Shown here piece after piece: positions 22,397-45,950 of a stretch of DNA of 49,150 bases. Position 1 is the stretch's first letter. Each line of letters starts with the position of its first letter. The notes under the pieces are model-generated. The model did no database searches. It was not told the origin of the DNA and saw only the letters and a list, made by a program, of their open reading frames with translations. Position numbers and translations under genes: made by a program. The stretch spans positions 1 through 49,150 of the forward strand of contig NW_021834408.1 of NCBI RefSeq assembly GCF_006345805.1. Reading direction: 5' to 3'. This DNA comes from Octopus sinensis. Its lineage: Eukaryota.

Positions 22397-25300
22397 ATGT
22401 CCACTGCTAACACCAGCTCCTGCCCACGGCGTGGTCAGGTTGGAAGAGAGATCAAAAGAAAAATACCACGAAAACTATCACCACCACAACAACCCTCCTC
22501 TTCTCAGGCGCCGAATCCCCCCCGTCCACCCCACATCTCCTTCCCAGTTTTCAGACTTGGCACTATCAATGTTGGTACATTGACAGGCAAGTCTAGTGAG
22601 ATTGTAGAGATGCTAGAGAGAAGACAGGTTGATGTATGCTGCATACAAGAGGTAAGATGGAGAGATGCTTCGGCTAGGGTCCTCACGGGCAAGGCACTTA
22701 GGTACAAACTCTACTGGCAAGGTAACGCAGAAGGTGTAGGGGGTGTAGGCATTCTCCTTGCGGAGGAATGGGTGGATAAGGTCATAGAGGTTGTCAGGGT
22801 TGTGATAGAGTGCTTAAGCTCAGGTTGGTCCTACAGAGTGGCACAGCTATGATTATCTCAGCCTATGCCCCACAAGCGGGACTACCAAATGATCAGAAGG
22901 ACAACTTTTATGATACCCTTCTGCAGGCTACTTCAAAGACTAGTAACAAGGACCTCATCTTTGTAGGTGGAGATTTTAATGGGCATGTTGGGCGGGAATC
23001 GGGTATCTTCACTGGGGTACATGGTGGCTATGGTATTGGCACCAGAAATGATGAGGGAACTAGACTGCTGGAATTCTGTGATGCATGTAACCTTTCAATC
23101 TGCAACACTAACTTCAAGAAGCCAGTCTGCCACCTTATAACTTATCAGTCAGGAGACTCCGCTAGCCAAATAGACTTCATCCTCACCAGACAACGGGATG
23201 CAGGGTTGCTCTTGAATACAAAGACCCTCCCGGGTGAAGAATGTATCCCTCAGCATAGACTAATCATCAGTGACTTTAAGCTTGAGGCCAGAAGGACTCC
23301 AAGAAACAAACCAATCCAGAAAAGAAGGATTTGGAGGCTAAAGAACCCTTCGCATGGTCAGAAATTTAGGGACATACTCATCAAGAAATTTGATGAGAGG
23401 GAGGAGGAGCTTCAGACGTCAGACATAGAAGGTAGCTGGGATTTCCTACGGGACAGCTTGTTGAGTGCCACAGACCAAGTCTGTGGATGGTGCAAAGTCC
23501 CTTCCAGACCTAGAATTACGTGGTGGTGGAATAGTGCAGTAGATAAAGCCATCTGTGAAAAGAGACGGGCCTGGAAAGCCTGGAAGGATGGGGGCAGCAG
23601 GGAACTGTACCAGATAGCCAAAAGGGAGGCTGGGCGGCAGGTATACATTGCCAAAGATGTAGCAGAAAAGAAGAAGTTTGCCAATGTCCAGCGTCGCGAG
23701 GATCAAAGAGCTGAAGTATTTCGGATTGCCAGACAGTGTGTCAGAGAAAATAGCGATGTTATAGGAGAGAAATGTGTCCGCATGGATGATGGGGCACTTG
23801 CTTTTACTACTAGTGAAAAGAAAGAGGCTTGGAGAAGCCATTATGAAAGACTGCTGAATGAGGAGAATGAATGGGAGGAGGAGAGCCTGCCAAATGTTGA
23901 CCCAGTAGAGGGACCAGCTACCCGAATAGACAGCTCCCTTGTAGATAAGGCAATTAAGGATATGAAACCAGGCAAAGCCCCTGGCCTATCAGGAATCACT
24001 GCTGAGATGCTTAAAACAGCTGGCTATGTGGGCTATGCCATAGTCACCCGCATTGTAAACCAGGTAGTTCACAATGGAGTCATACCCAATGACTGGTGCA
24101 GCAGCACCATAGTCAACTGCTACAAGGGTAAGGGTGATGCTCTAGATAGAAATAACTACAGAGGTATCAAACTGTTGGACCAGGTGATGAAGGTCTCAGA
24201 GAAGGTCATAACCAATCTCATTAGGGAGAGAATTTGTTTAGATGAAATGCAGTTCGGTTTTGTACCAGGTAGAAGCACCACTGATGCTATATTCCTGGTC
24301 CGACAACTGCAGGAGAAGTACCTAGCTAAAGATAAACCCCTCTACATAGCTTTTGTAGACTTGGAGAAAGCCTTGACAGGGTTCCCCGTTCCCTTATCTG
24401 GTGGTCGATGCGGAAACTGGAGATTGAAGAATGGCTAATAAGGGCTGTACAGGCTCTATACAGAGAGGCTGTCAGCAAGGTTAGGATTGGCAACGAATAT
24501 AGTGAAGAATTCCGGGTAGAAGTAGGTGTGCACCAGGGCTCAGCCCTCAGTCCCCTTTTATTCATCATAGTCCTTCAGGCAATAACAGAGGAATTCAAAA
24601 CGGGATGCCCCTGGGAGCTCCTCTATGCCGATGACCTAGCTCTCATAGCAGAATCACTACCGGAACTAGAAGAGAAATTTCGGGTGTGGAAGCAAGGGTT
24701 GGAATCAAAGGGCCTTAGAATAAATGTAGCAAAGACCAAAGTATTAGTAAGCAGCAAGAGGTACTCAGCACACATCCCCTCGGGTAGGTGGCCCTGCTCA
24801 ACTGTAGGAAAGGTACAGGTAGAAACTCCATAAGATGCACCCAATGTAAGTTATGGACACATAAGAGGTGCAGCAACATTAAAGGGAAATTAACAGATAA
24901 GATAGCTTTCATGTGCGGCAGATGCACAGGGACAATAGACACAACAGACACTCAGAAAACAGATTCCATCACACTCCAGGGAGAGAAACTAGAAGTAGTT
25001 GATAGTTTCCGCTACCTGGGTGACCAAGTTAGTAGCGGAGGTGGATGCACAGAGAGTATCACCACTAGAATACGAATAGCCTGGGCAAAGTTCAGAAAGC
25101 TCCTACCCCTACTGGCAACAAAAGGTCTCTCCCTCAGAGCAAAAGGTAGATTGTATGATGCATGTGTGCGAACTGCCATGCTTCACGGTAATGAAACATG
25201 GGCTGTGACTGCAGAAGACATGCGTAGACTTGAAAGAAATGAAGCTAGCATGATCCGCTGGATGTGTAGTGTCAGTGTGCACGCAAAACAGAGTGTAAGT

Positions 25301-25627
25301 ATCCTGAGAGAAATGCTGGATATAAGAAGCATCAGATGGGGTGTGCAAGAGCGACGCTTGCGATGGTATGGTCATGTGCTGCGGATGGATGAAGAGAGAT
25401 GTGTGAAGAAGTGCCACTCCCAAACAGTTGAAGGTATCAGGGGGAGAGGTAGACCCAGGAAGACATGGGATGAGGTGGTCAAGCATGACCTCAGAGCATT
25501 GGGCCTCACTGAGGCAATGGCGAAGGACCGAGATCTCTGGAGATATGCTGTTACTACAAAGACCCGGGCTGCTTTCTGCAGCAATTCCACATACCCCCTA
25601 CCCATTCTAAGTACCCCGGATCCCTAA
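22397..25627 (+). pseudogene. APE endonuclease - reverse transcriptase - PHD ORF, interrupted by three -1 frameshifts (~22800, ~24373, ~24801); about 1077 aa if repaired
   Basis: APE motifs GTINVG, IQE, SAYAP, GDFNGH, IDFI, QH. RT motifs KAPG, YRGIKLL, QFGF, FVDLEKA, GVHQGSALSP, YADD (24624-24635), FRYLG. C-terminal RLRWYGHV and RGRGRPRKTW. Confidence 0.9.
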
Positions 25628-25711
25628 AGTACCCTGGATCCCCAAAGTACCCCGATCCCCAAAGTACCCCGGACCTCGTTGCCCCCGTGCCGCTGACACG
25701 TTAAAATGCTC

Positions 25712-37361
<11,650 letters not shown>

Positions 37362-37598
37362 AGAGAGAGAGAAAGAGAGAGAGAGAGTGAGAGAGAGAGA
37401 GAGAGAAAGAGGGAGAGAGTGAGAGAGAGAGAGAGAAAGGGGGTAAAAGTATAAAGGCTCCCTCCCGGTCATGAATGACCATGGGATTGCACTTAGAAAG
37501 TTCCCCTCTGAGGTACAAGTCCAGCAGTTGCCCATGCATTCCAGCCTCTGCTCTCCATGTCACCAATGTTGTCCATGGCAAAGGCAAAGGACGATACA

Positions 37599-37651
<53 letters not shown>

Positions 37652-37699
37652 TATATATATACATATATACAATAGATATGTGTGTGTGAGAGAGTACTT

Positions 37700-38062
37700 A
37701 GGTGCAGACGTGGGTTGGTGGTAAGAAGTCTGCTTCCCAGCCACATGGTTCTGGTTTCAGTCCCACAGTGTGCCACCATGGGCAGGAGTCTTCTACTACA
37801 GTCTCACGCCCACCAAAGAATTGTGAGAGGATTTTGTAGATGGAAACTGAAAGAAGCCCATCATATGTATACATACATCTAAATGCATAGATCTTTGTGA
37901 GTATTTCTTCCCCACAATCGCTTGACAACTGGTGTGTGTTTACATTCCTGTAACCTAGTGGTTCATCAAAAAAAAATCAATAAAATAAATATCAAGATTT
38001 TTTTTAAATGAGGTCAATTCATGTGTTTAAAACGTTTCAAGGCAGTGCCCCAGCATGGGCAC
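37700..38062 (+). mobile_element. Degenerate tRNA-derived SINE
   Basis: ggtggtaagaag...ccacatggttctggtttcagtccc...aactgaaagaagccc...cttgacaac...cccagcatgg. Confidence 0.75.
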
Positions 38063-38604
38063 AATATATATATATATATATATATAGATACATACATATA
38101 AATATAAATCAGAAATGGAAAAACAAAACAATAAATTGAACAATGTATGCATGTATATGTAATTTATACACATATATAGACACCCCCACCCCATCAGTGG
38201 TCTACTACCCCTTCTACCACTCCCCTCTCCAATCACATACCCCTATTCATCTCCATTTCTGCCCCTCTCCTCTTCTTCATATTGATGTGACTAACGATAG
38301 CACTGGATCTTTCCGATGGCTCCCTCTACATCAATTCCCTTGTAACAAGAGAGCCAAGACATATATCACCCCCACCCAACACCCCTCTCATGCACATCAG
38401 TCTTCTGGTACTGTTTGGGGTCCACATATAAGGAGCTCATCAGATGTACATGTACCCCATACACTCGCTCCCACCAATGTCCATTATATTGACATCAACC
38501 ATTCACTCTCATCATTTATTGAGATGCCTTATATCTCGCTCTTTCTCACTTCTAATCCCTCCTGGGCTGGATCCAGAACAAGAAGGCACCAAGGACACTG
38601 TAAG

Positions 38605-38775
38605 ACAGTTGATGTTAGGAAGGACAAACACACCATAGAAACGAAACCCAAATAAATATAAAGGCTAAATGACATCCTGAGACCCATCTGGGAGAGAACC
38701 GCTGACCCTCCAATCCATACAAGTGGACAAAACAAATATGTACAGTGATGATGATGATGTGATGATGATGATGAT
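38605..38775 (+). mobile_element. Old RTE-type 3' tail remnant
   Basis: gttgatgttaggaagg...ccatagaaac...ccaatccat...(gat)n resembles the shared RTE tail. Confidence 0.5.
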
Positions 38776-39104
38776 TATAAATGAAGCTGAAAACACACGC
38801 ACACATATGAAACTAATAAAATGATGAAGATGGAGAGCCCCTTCCAATGTGGAAAGGGTCAGTTAAGTAACATTTACATATTCCCGAAATATAAAAGATG
38901 ACTTTTGCCTTTCTACATCGTAAGAAGCTGTCAGTCTCCAATGACAAGGCTTCTAGCAAACCACAAGGCTCTTCAGTACATGTGTGTGTGTGTGTGTGAC
39001 TATCTATGTATGTAAGTATGCACACACACACACACGTGGCATATATAGTTTTGTATATGTATATATATTATATATATATATATATACATATTATATATAT
39101 ATGT

Positions 39105-39250
39105 AGGCAGGAGTGCATTTGTAGTAAGAAGCTTGCTTCCCAACCACATGGTGTGGGTTCAGTCCCATTGCATGGCACCTTGGGCAAGTGTCTTTGGGCC
39201 GAGCAAAGACTTGTGAGGATTTAGTAGATGGAAACTGAAAGAAGCCCATC
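39105..39250 (+). mobile_element. 5' half of a tRNA-derived SINE
   Basis: gtaagaagcttgcttcccaaccacatgg...ttcagtccc...ccttgggcaagtgtc...aactgaaagaagccc. Confidence 0.75.
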
Positions 39251-39271
39251 ATAATATATATAATTATATAT

Positions 39272-39588
39272 ATTATATAAAAGGGCTTAGTAAAATAAAT
39301 TACTTTGCCGCATACTGAACTCATTAGAAATAGCAGCTAAAAAACTTTTTTAAAGCTATTTCTAATACTTAAAGAAAATCTCTCTCATATTATAGTGTTT
39401 GCTTAATTCAACTCACAAAAGTTTGGGGTAAGGACATCGAAAATTTTGTGAGTTGAATTAAGCAAACACTAATATGAGAGAGATTTTCTTTAAGTATTAG
39501 AAATAGCTTTAAAAAGTTTTTTAGCTGCTATTCTAATGAGTTCAGTATGCGGCAAAGTAATTTATTTTACTAAGCCCTTTTATATAAT
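39272..39588. repeat. Near-perfect inverted repeat, arms 149/145 bp, 23-nt spacer
   Basis: 39272-39420 is the reverse complement of 39444-39588 apart from a few 1-2 nt indels. Confidence 0.92.
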
Positions 39589-39676
39589 GTAATAATTTGA
39601 ATTCGCCTTGAATGGTCCCTTTGCACTGACACTTGGTGAAATTGATTAATAATTAATTAATTTGCCCTCATTGTTG

Positions 39677-39713
<37 letters not shown>

Positions 39714-39907
39714 TTTCTCAGTGTATTTGCTTTGTATGTCGTAATTAGTATACTGTTAATTATAGCAGTTGCTTAATCACTAGACTGGAGGCAGACACAA
39801 TACACACACACACTAAATATATTATATATATATGTGTATGTATTATATTTATATATATATGTAAAAACACATTTATCTATGCACACAGAAATAATTGTAT
39901 GTACATT

Positions 39908-39944
<37 letters not shown>

Positions 39945-40138
39945 AAGTATTTATCCCTTTTTCCCTGTAGTGGGAACCTAGCACACACACATCCATATAC
40001 ACGAGTATATATATATATATAGACATGATATAGAGACACACATGTAGGACATGTCTAGGCTTTATCATTTGTCTACGTGATCAAATAGATAACAGCTTGT
40101 GTGCAAATTTCACACTACACACACACCCACACACACGA

Positions 40139-40200
40139 GGCGTTAACGCCCACTTCTTCCTGCTATTTATAAATAAGCCTCACTAGTAGGGATTATCACA
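40139..40200 (+). promoter_or_regulatory. Putative Pol II core promoter
   Basis: TATAAATA at 40168-40175, with a pyrimidine-CA initiator-like tatcacattt about 30 nt downstream; 12-bp palindrome ggcgttaacgcc at 40139-40150; non-repetitive sequence. Confidence 0.5.
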
Positions 40201-40276
40201 TTTTTGCCCGTTCTTTCAACTGAACTCACAGACAGAAAGACTTCAGGCTGAAATTCAAACGCAATTGTTGACTCAA
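40198..40276 (+). other. Putative non-coding first exon
   Basis: ATG-free segment between the TATA/Inr and a consensus donor CAA|GTAAGT at 40277. Confidence 0.5.
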
Positions 40277-40876
40277 GTAAGTACTTTTATGATAATTATC
40301 TTCATTAACAACTTCATTAACACATTTACAGTATGAAATATTCCTTACAACTATTTCAAACATAATTATGCTGTTATGTTGAAAATTGTTTTATTTTCAG
40401 GCAGTATTTTTCATACTAGGAACTGTTCAAACATTTCACAGAGTTACATTATAAGCAAAACATTTCATTTCCAGAATATAATATAAAGGATAGTTTGGTT
40501 ATGACAAGGTCAAAACTATTTGATGGAAATTAAGGAAAAATGTAGATTTGTGGATGAGAAAGACATGAATAATAATTGAAGAGAGGGTGTGTCATTTATA
40601 GAGTTAGGTTAACAGACTAAATGGTGGTGGTCGTGGTGAAGTAGAGATTTCAAGTTATGTATGTAATGTGTAGCTGATGTGTTTAACTCCTTTAGTTATT
40701 GAACCCTGGCCATGCTGGAGCATTGCCTTTATGTATTTAACTGATCGTATTAGCACCAGCATTTCTTTTTAAGTCCGGTAAATATTTTAACCGAATCTAT
40801 TTGTGGATCAGCTAAATTAGGAAATGGAGTTGATATTTTAATTAAACAGTAAGTACTAATGATTAAATGATGGAAA

Positions 40877-40911
<35 letters not shown>

Positions 40912-41204
40912 GAGAGAGAGATACACACTTGTATACATACATATATACGCACACTCTTCACGTTTGTGCTAATTTCCTCCAATAAACTATAAAAAATGTG
41001 TCCAGGATTTCAAATACTTTTACAAGAAGAGAAAGTTTATATTTTTTTGAACAATCTCAAAAATATTTGATAAATTCTAAAGAAAGAAAATGTAAATTAT
41101 ATTTAATGACAAAAAGTTTTAGATTTTATGTTTCATGGAAAATTCAAAGTTTGTAAAACAATTTTACAGAAATTTAAGATAGAAATCAAATAGGTTCGTA
41201 ACTG

Positions 41205-41850
41205 TGTCTTTATTTTTGTCCCACTAACATTGCTTGACAACCGATGTTGGTGTGTTTACATCCCTGTAACTTAGTTGTTCAGCAAAACACACCAATAAAT
41301 AACTAGGCTTACAAAGAATAAGTCCTGGGGTCGATTTGCTCGACTAAAGGTGGTGCTCCAGTATGGCCACAGTCAAATGACTGAAACAAGTATAAGAATA
41401 AAAGAATATATATATATATTATATATATTATATACATACAGGCGCTGGAGTGGCTGTGTGGTAAGTAGCTTGCTTACCACCCACATGGTTCCGAGTTCAG
41501 TTCCACTGCGTGGCATCTTGGGCAAGTGTCTTCTACTATAGCCTCGGGCCGACCAAAGCCTTATGTGTGGATTTGGTAGGCGGAAACTCAAAGAAGCCCG
41601 TTGTATATATATATGTATATATATGTATGTGTGTATGTGTATGTTTGTGTGTCTGTGTTTGTCCTCCTAGCATTGCTTGACAACCGATGCTGGTGTGTTT
41701 ACGTCCCCGTCACATAGTGGTTCAGCAAAATAGACTGATAGAATAAGTACTAGGCATACAAAGAATAAGTCCCAGGGTCGATTTGCTCGACTAAAGGCGG
41801 TGCTCCAGCATGGCCGCAATCAAATGACTGAAACATAAAAGAGTAAAAGA
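41205..41850 (+). mobile_element. SINE 3' half (41205-41405) followed by a complete tRNA-derived SINE (41441-41850)
   Basis: A-box gtggctgtgtggtaag, B-box-like gagttcagttcc, CORE-like cttgggcaagtgtctt, internal TA/TG tract, tail gctccagcatggccgcaatcaaatgactgaaac. Confidence 0.85.
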
Positions 41851-41955
41851 GGAGTATATACATGTACACTATATAAACACACACACACATAATATATACA
41901 TGTTTATGTAAAAGGGAAATAAAATGTTGAAGTTGATATTGAAAAGGAGAGAGGG

Positions 41956-41991
<36 letters not shown>

Positions 41992-42099
41992 AAGTAAAAG
42001 AAGAGAAGGACATATGAAGGATATAAAATAGGAAAGGAAGGGTTGTTATCATTATTATTAATTACTATTACTATTATTATTATTAATTACTATTACTAT

Positions 42100-43165
42100 T
42101 ATTTGGGTGGTGAGCTGGCAGAATCGTTAGCATGCTGGGCAAAATGCTAGGCAGCTATTTGTTTGCCTTTACGTTCTCCGTGCAAATTTTGCAGACATCA
42201 ACCTTTATCCTTTCGGGGTCAATAAAATAAGTACCTTTTGTGTTCTGGGGTCGATGTAATCAATTTACCTGCTCTCCAGAACAAGCTGGCTTTCTGTTAA
42301 AATTTGAAGCCATTATTATTATCATTATTATTATTATTATTATTATTACAACTCATCTGCCACTATATTCTGAGTTCAAATTCCACCAAGGTCAACTATG
42401 GCTTTCATTCTTTTGGGGTCAATTCAATAAGTTCCAGCTATGCACTGGAGGCGATATAATTTACTAGTCCCCTCACCCCAAATTTCAGGCCTTGTGCCTA
42501 TAGTAAGAGAGTATTCTTCTCCTTATTCTTCTTCTTCTTCTTATTATTATTATTATTATCATTATTATTATAATTTCTGTGACGAGCTGGCAGAATTGTG
42601 AGAATGCAAGCAAAATGTTGAGCGGCATTTTGTCCATCTTTACATTCTGAGTTCAAATTCCACCAAGGTTGACTTAGCCTTTCATCCTTTTGGGATCGAT
42701 AAATTAAGTACTAGTTGAGTACTGGGGTCAGTGTAATAGACTGGACCCTTCCTTGAACTTGCTGGCCTTGTGCCAAAACTTGAAATCATTTTTATTATAT
42801 TAAAAAAAAAATAAAAGAAATCATTGCTGTTGTTGTTGTTGTTTTTACTGCTGCTGCTGCTAATATTATTATTATTGATGTTGTTATTGTTATAGTTATT
42901 GATATTCTTCTTATCATTATTCTTATTATTATTAATGTGATGAACAAGCAGAATTGTTACAAAATGCCAGACAAAATACTTTGCATCATTTCTTCCAAGT
43001 TTACATTTTGAGTTCAAATTCCACCAAGGTTGATTTTGACCCTTGTCCTTTTGGGATTGATAAAATAAGAACCAGTTAGGGGCTGGGGGGGGGGGTGTAA
43101 TCAATTAACCCCCCCAATACCCAAAATTTCAGGCCTTATGTCTATAGTAGAAGGATTATTATTAT
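42100..43165 (+). mobile_element. Head-to-tail array of four SINEs separated by (ATT)n-type tracts
   Basis: Recurrent gagctggcagaat / ttctgagttcaaattccaccaaggt / ggccttgtgcc blocks starting at ~42105, ~42350, ~42580 and ~42940. Confidence 0.8.
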
Positions 43166-43194
43166 CTTCAAAATATTACCAAAAAAAATTGGGG

Positions 43195-43414
43195 GCATGG
43201 CTGTATGGTTAAGAAACTCACTTCACAACCTTGTGGTCTCAGGTTCAGTCCCACTTTGCAGCACCTTAAAGAATTAACTTCTTCTAATGTTCCAGGTTGA
43301 CTCAAGCCTTGTGAGTGGGTTTCGTACATGGAACTGATAAAGCCTATGGTATATACATGTGTGTGTATATTCATGTATGCATATCTACATTTGTACTTGT
43401 ATGTGTATGCATGT

Positions 43415-43452
<38 letters not shown>

Positions 43453-43640
43453 ATATGTCTGCTCACGTCTCCTTGTCTTGACATCTGCTGCGAATTATAA
43501 ACAAATGTCACGTCAAACAAACAGAGTCGTTTGTTTGCAGTGTTCCACCAGAAAACATATCCAACCATTGTGCTGTTCATGTTGGAAGAACTTGGGGAAA
43601 TATTCTCTTGCTTGGAACCAGCTGAGGATTGGTGACCCTC
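43195..43640 (+). mobile_element. Degenerate SINE (tRNA head, TG tract, alternative body)
   Basis: catggctgtatggttaagaa...ggttcagtcccact...gccttgtgagtgg head followed by ccttgtcttgacat body. Confidence 0.55.
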
Positions 43641-43937
43641 ATCGAGTGTAGTCATAGACTTGACTGAGTGGCACTCACAAGAACCTGGCAAGAAACAAAA
43701 CAAAATTATGAGAGGGAAAATACAGAAAAAAAAAATACATCACCTCCAGTTCACTGCTTCCTGTAGCAGAAACAGCTGGAAGCTAATGAAGGTGTCTACG
43801 TAACTCTTGTTCTTTTGTCGTTCATTGATTCATATCTATAAACATACATAGACACAAACATTTATACACAGGTATGTGAAGGTATATTCATATATTTACA
43901 TATGTCCATTTATGTATATGTGTATGTATGTATATAT

Positions 43938-45315
43938 CATCATCATCATCGTTTAACATCCACTTTCCAAGCTACCATGGTTGGACAATTTCACTGAGGA
44001 CTGGCGAACCAGATGGCTGCACCAGGCTCCAATGTTGATCCGGCAGAGTTTCTACAACTGGATGCCCTTCCTAACGCCAACCATTGAGAGTGTAGTGGGT
44101 GCTTTTACGTGTCACCAGCACGGGGCCAGTCACGCGATACTGGTAACGACCTTGCTCAAATCTTTTACACATGCCACCTGCACAGGTGCCAGTAAGGCGA
44201 TGCTGGTAACTATCAAGCGACTTTTATGTGCCACTGGCATGGAAGCCGGTTAGCCACTCTGTCAACGATCACACTCGTATGGTGCTCTTTGCTCCCCGCT
44301 AGCACAGATGCCAGTCATCGGATTTGATTTTGATTTCACTTGCATCAACAGGTCTTCGCAAGCAGAGTTTTAGTGTCCAAAGAAGGAAAAGGGACGCAAA
44401 GTGGGCTGGTTACGCCCCTGGCATAGGCCACGAGGTTATGTTCTCATGTGGCTTGTTGAGTCTTCTCACGCACGGCATATTTCCAAAAGTGTCGGTCACT
44501 AATCATTTCCTTGGTGAGGCCTAAAGTTCGAATGTCATGCTTCACCACTTCATCCCACGTTTTCCTGGGTCTACCTCTTCCACAGGTTCCCTCAACCGCT
44601 AGGGTGTGGCACTTTTTCACACAGCTATCCTCATCCATTCTTGCGGCATGACCATACCAGTGCAGTTGTCTTTTGTACACCACATCTGCTGCTTCTTAGG
44701 ACCAATATTTCTCTCAAGGTACTTAGACTCTGTCGAGTATGCACACTGACATTACACATCCATTGGATCATACTGGTTTCATTCCTGCGAGCTTACGCAT
44801 GTCCTCAGCAGTCACAGCCCATGTTTCACTGCCATGTAGCATGGCTGTTCGTACACATGCGTCATACAGTCAACCTTTTACTCTGAGCGAGAGGCCCTTT
44901 GTCACCAGCAGAGGTAAGAGCTCTCTGAACTTTGCTCAAGCTATTCTTATTCTAGCAGCTACACTTTCAGCGCACCCTCTCCTGCTGCTGACTTGGTCAC
45001 CTAGGTAACGGAAGCTATCAACTACTTCTAGTTTTTCTTCCTGGAATGTGGCGGAAGTTGTTCTCTGCGCATTTTCAGTGTTTATTGCACCCGAGAATCT
45101 GCCACATGCAAAAGCTATCTTCCCAGTTAGCCTTCCTTTGATATTGCTGCACCTCTTATGTGTCCATAGCTTACACTGGGTACATCTTATAGAATTTTTA
45201 CCTATGCCTCTACTACAGATCGAGCAGGGCCATCTACCTGAAAGGATTTGTGGTTTGCTTGCCTTCCCACTTATTAGGATTTGGTTTTAGCTAGGTTGAC
45301 TCTAAGGCCCTTTGA
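43938..45315 (-). mobile_element. 5'-truncated RTE LINE (PHD, C-terminus, 3'UTR, tail)
   Basis: Minus-strand QLHWYGHAARMDEDSCVKKCHTLAVEGTCGRGRPRKTWDEVVKHD; (cat)n at 43938; flanked by TA tracts. Confidence 0.9.
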
Positions 45316-45316
45316 T

Positions 45317-45347
<31 letters not shown>

Positions 45348-45789
45348 TAATATTTAGCAGAAGTAACAAAGTGACCTAAAATCCGAAAGTTTTGTTTATT
45401 AGCATTTATCAAACTGGTTCTTTGGAGGTATATTCCCAGACCTCAAAAACCAGTTTGATAAGTGTCAACTCTCAGACCTTGAGTCCCTACTGCCATGCCC
45501 CTATCACCCCTACCTCTATCTTTCATCTCTCAATCACTCTCTCTTCTTCTTTTTACTCTACTATCTTACTACTGTAACAAAGATTGGCAGTAATCTCTTC
45601 TCTTCACCATTCTTCCAATGAAACTAGGGATGTTACTGGACCTACCTGAGTCTCTCCTCAACACTCAGCCACTCCTTTTCATATATTTATTACCCTAGAT
45701 CTCTCACCCATCCCAGGGTATATGTCACCCCAGAGATTGAGGGGAACCTTTAGTTTTGTCAAGGTCATGGCGATTGTCTCTAGCGATGG

Positions 45790-45950
45790 TGCCATAAGAT
45801 GCACCCAGTGCACATTGTGCAGTGGTTGGTGGTCAGGAAGAGCATCCAGCTGCAGAAAGAAAACCAGAAAATGTAACTTCAGGCAAGATATTCTCTGAAC
45901 CATCCAACCCATTCCAGCATGGAAAGTGGGGGTAAAATGATGATCATCAT
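45790..45950 (+). mobile_element. Degenerate RTE-type 3' tail
   Basis: gtggttgg...aggaagagcatccagc...gaaccatccaacccattccagcatggaaag...atgatgat. Confidence 0.65.

Noticed and set aside
21746-22450. HDV-like or twister ribozyme at the RTE 5' end
   Set aside because: I could not build the required pseudoknot or core by eye; only a small hairpin ctgcccac-ggc-gtggtcag (~22420-22438) is visible. A covariance-model search would be needed
38143-38655. 170-aa plus-strand ORF
   Set aside because: It begins in TA-rich repeat, runs into an RTE tail remnant, and has no recognisable domain or splice signals
40021-40066. p53 response element upstream of the TATA box
   Set aside because: Only one perfect half-site (ggacatgtct, 40047-40056); neighbouring half-sites are mismatched or overlapping
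40385-40410. Alternative splice acceptor ttattttcag at 40400
   Set aside because: No convincing exon or donor follows; cannot be supported without RNA data
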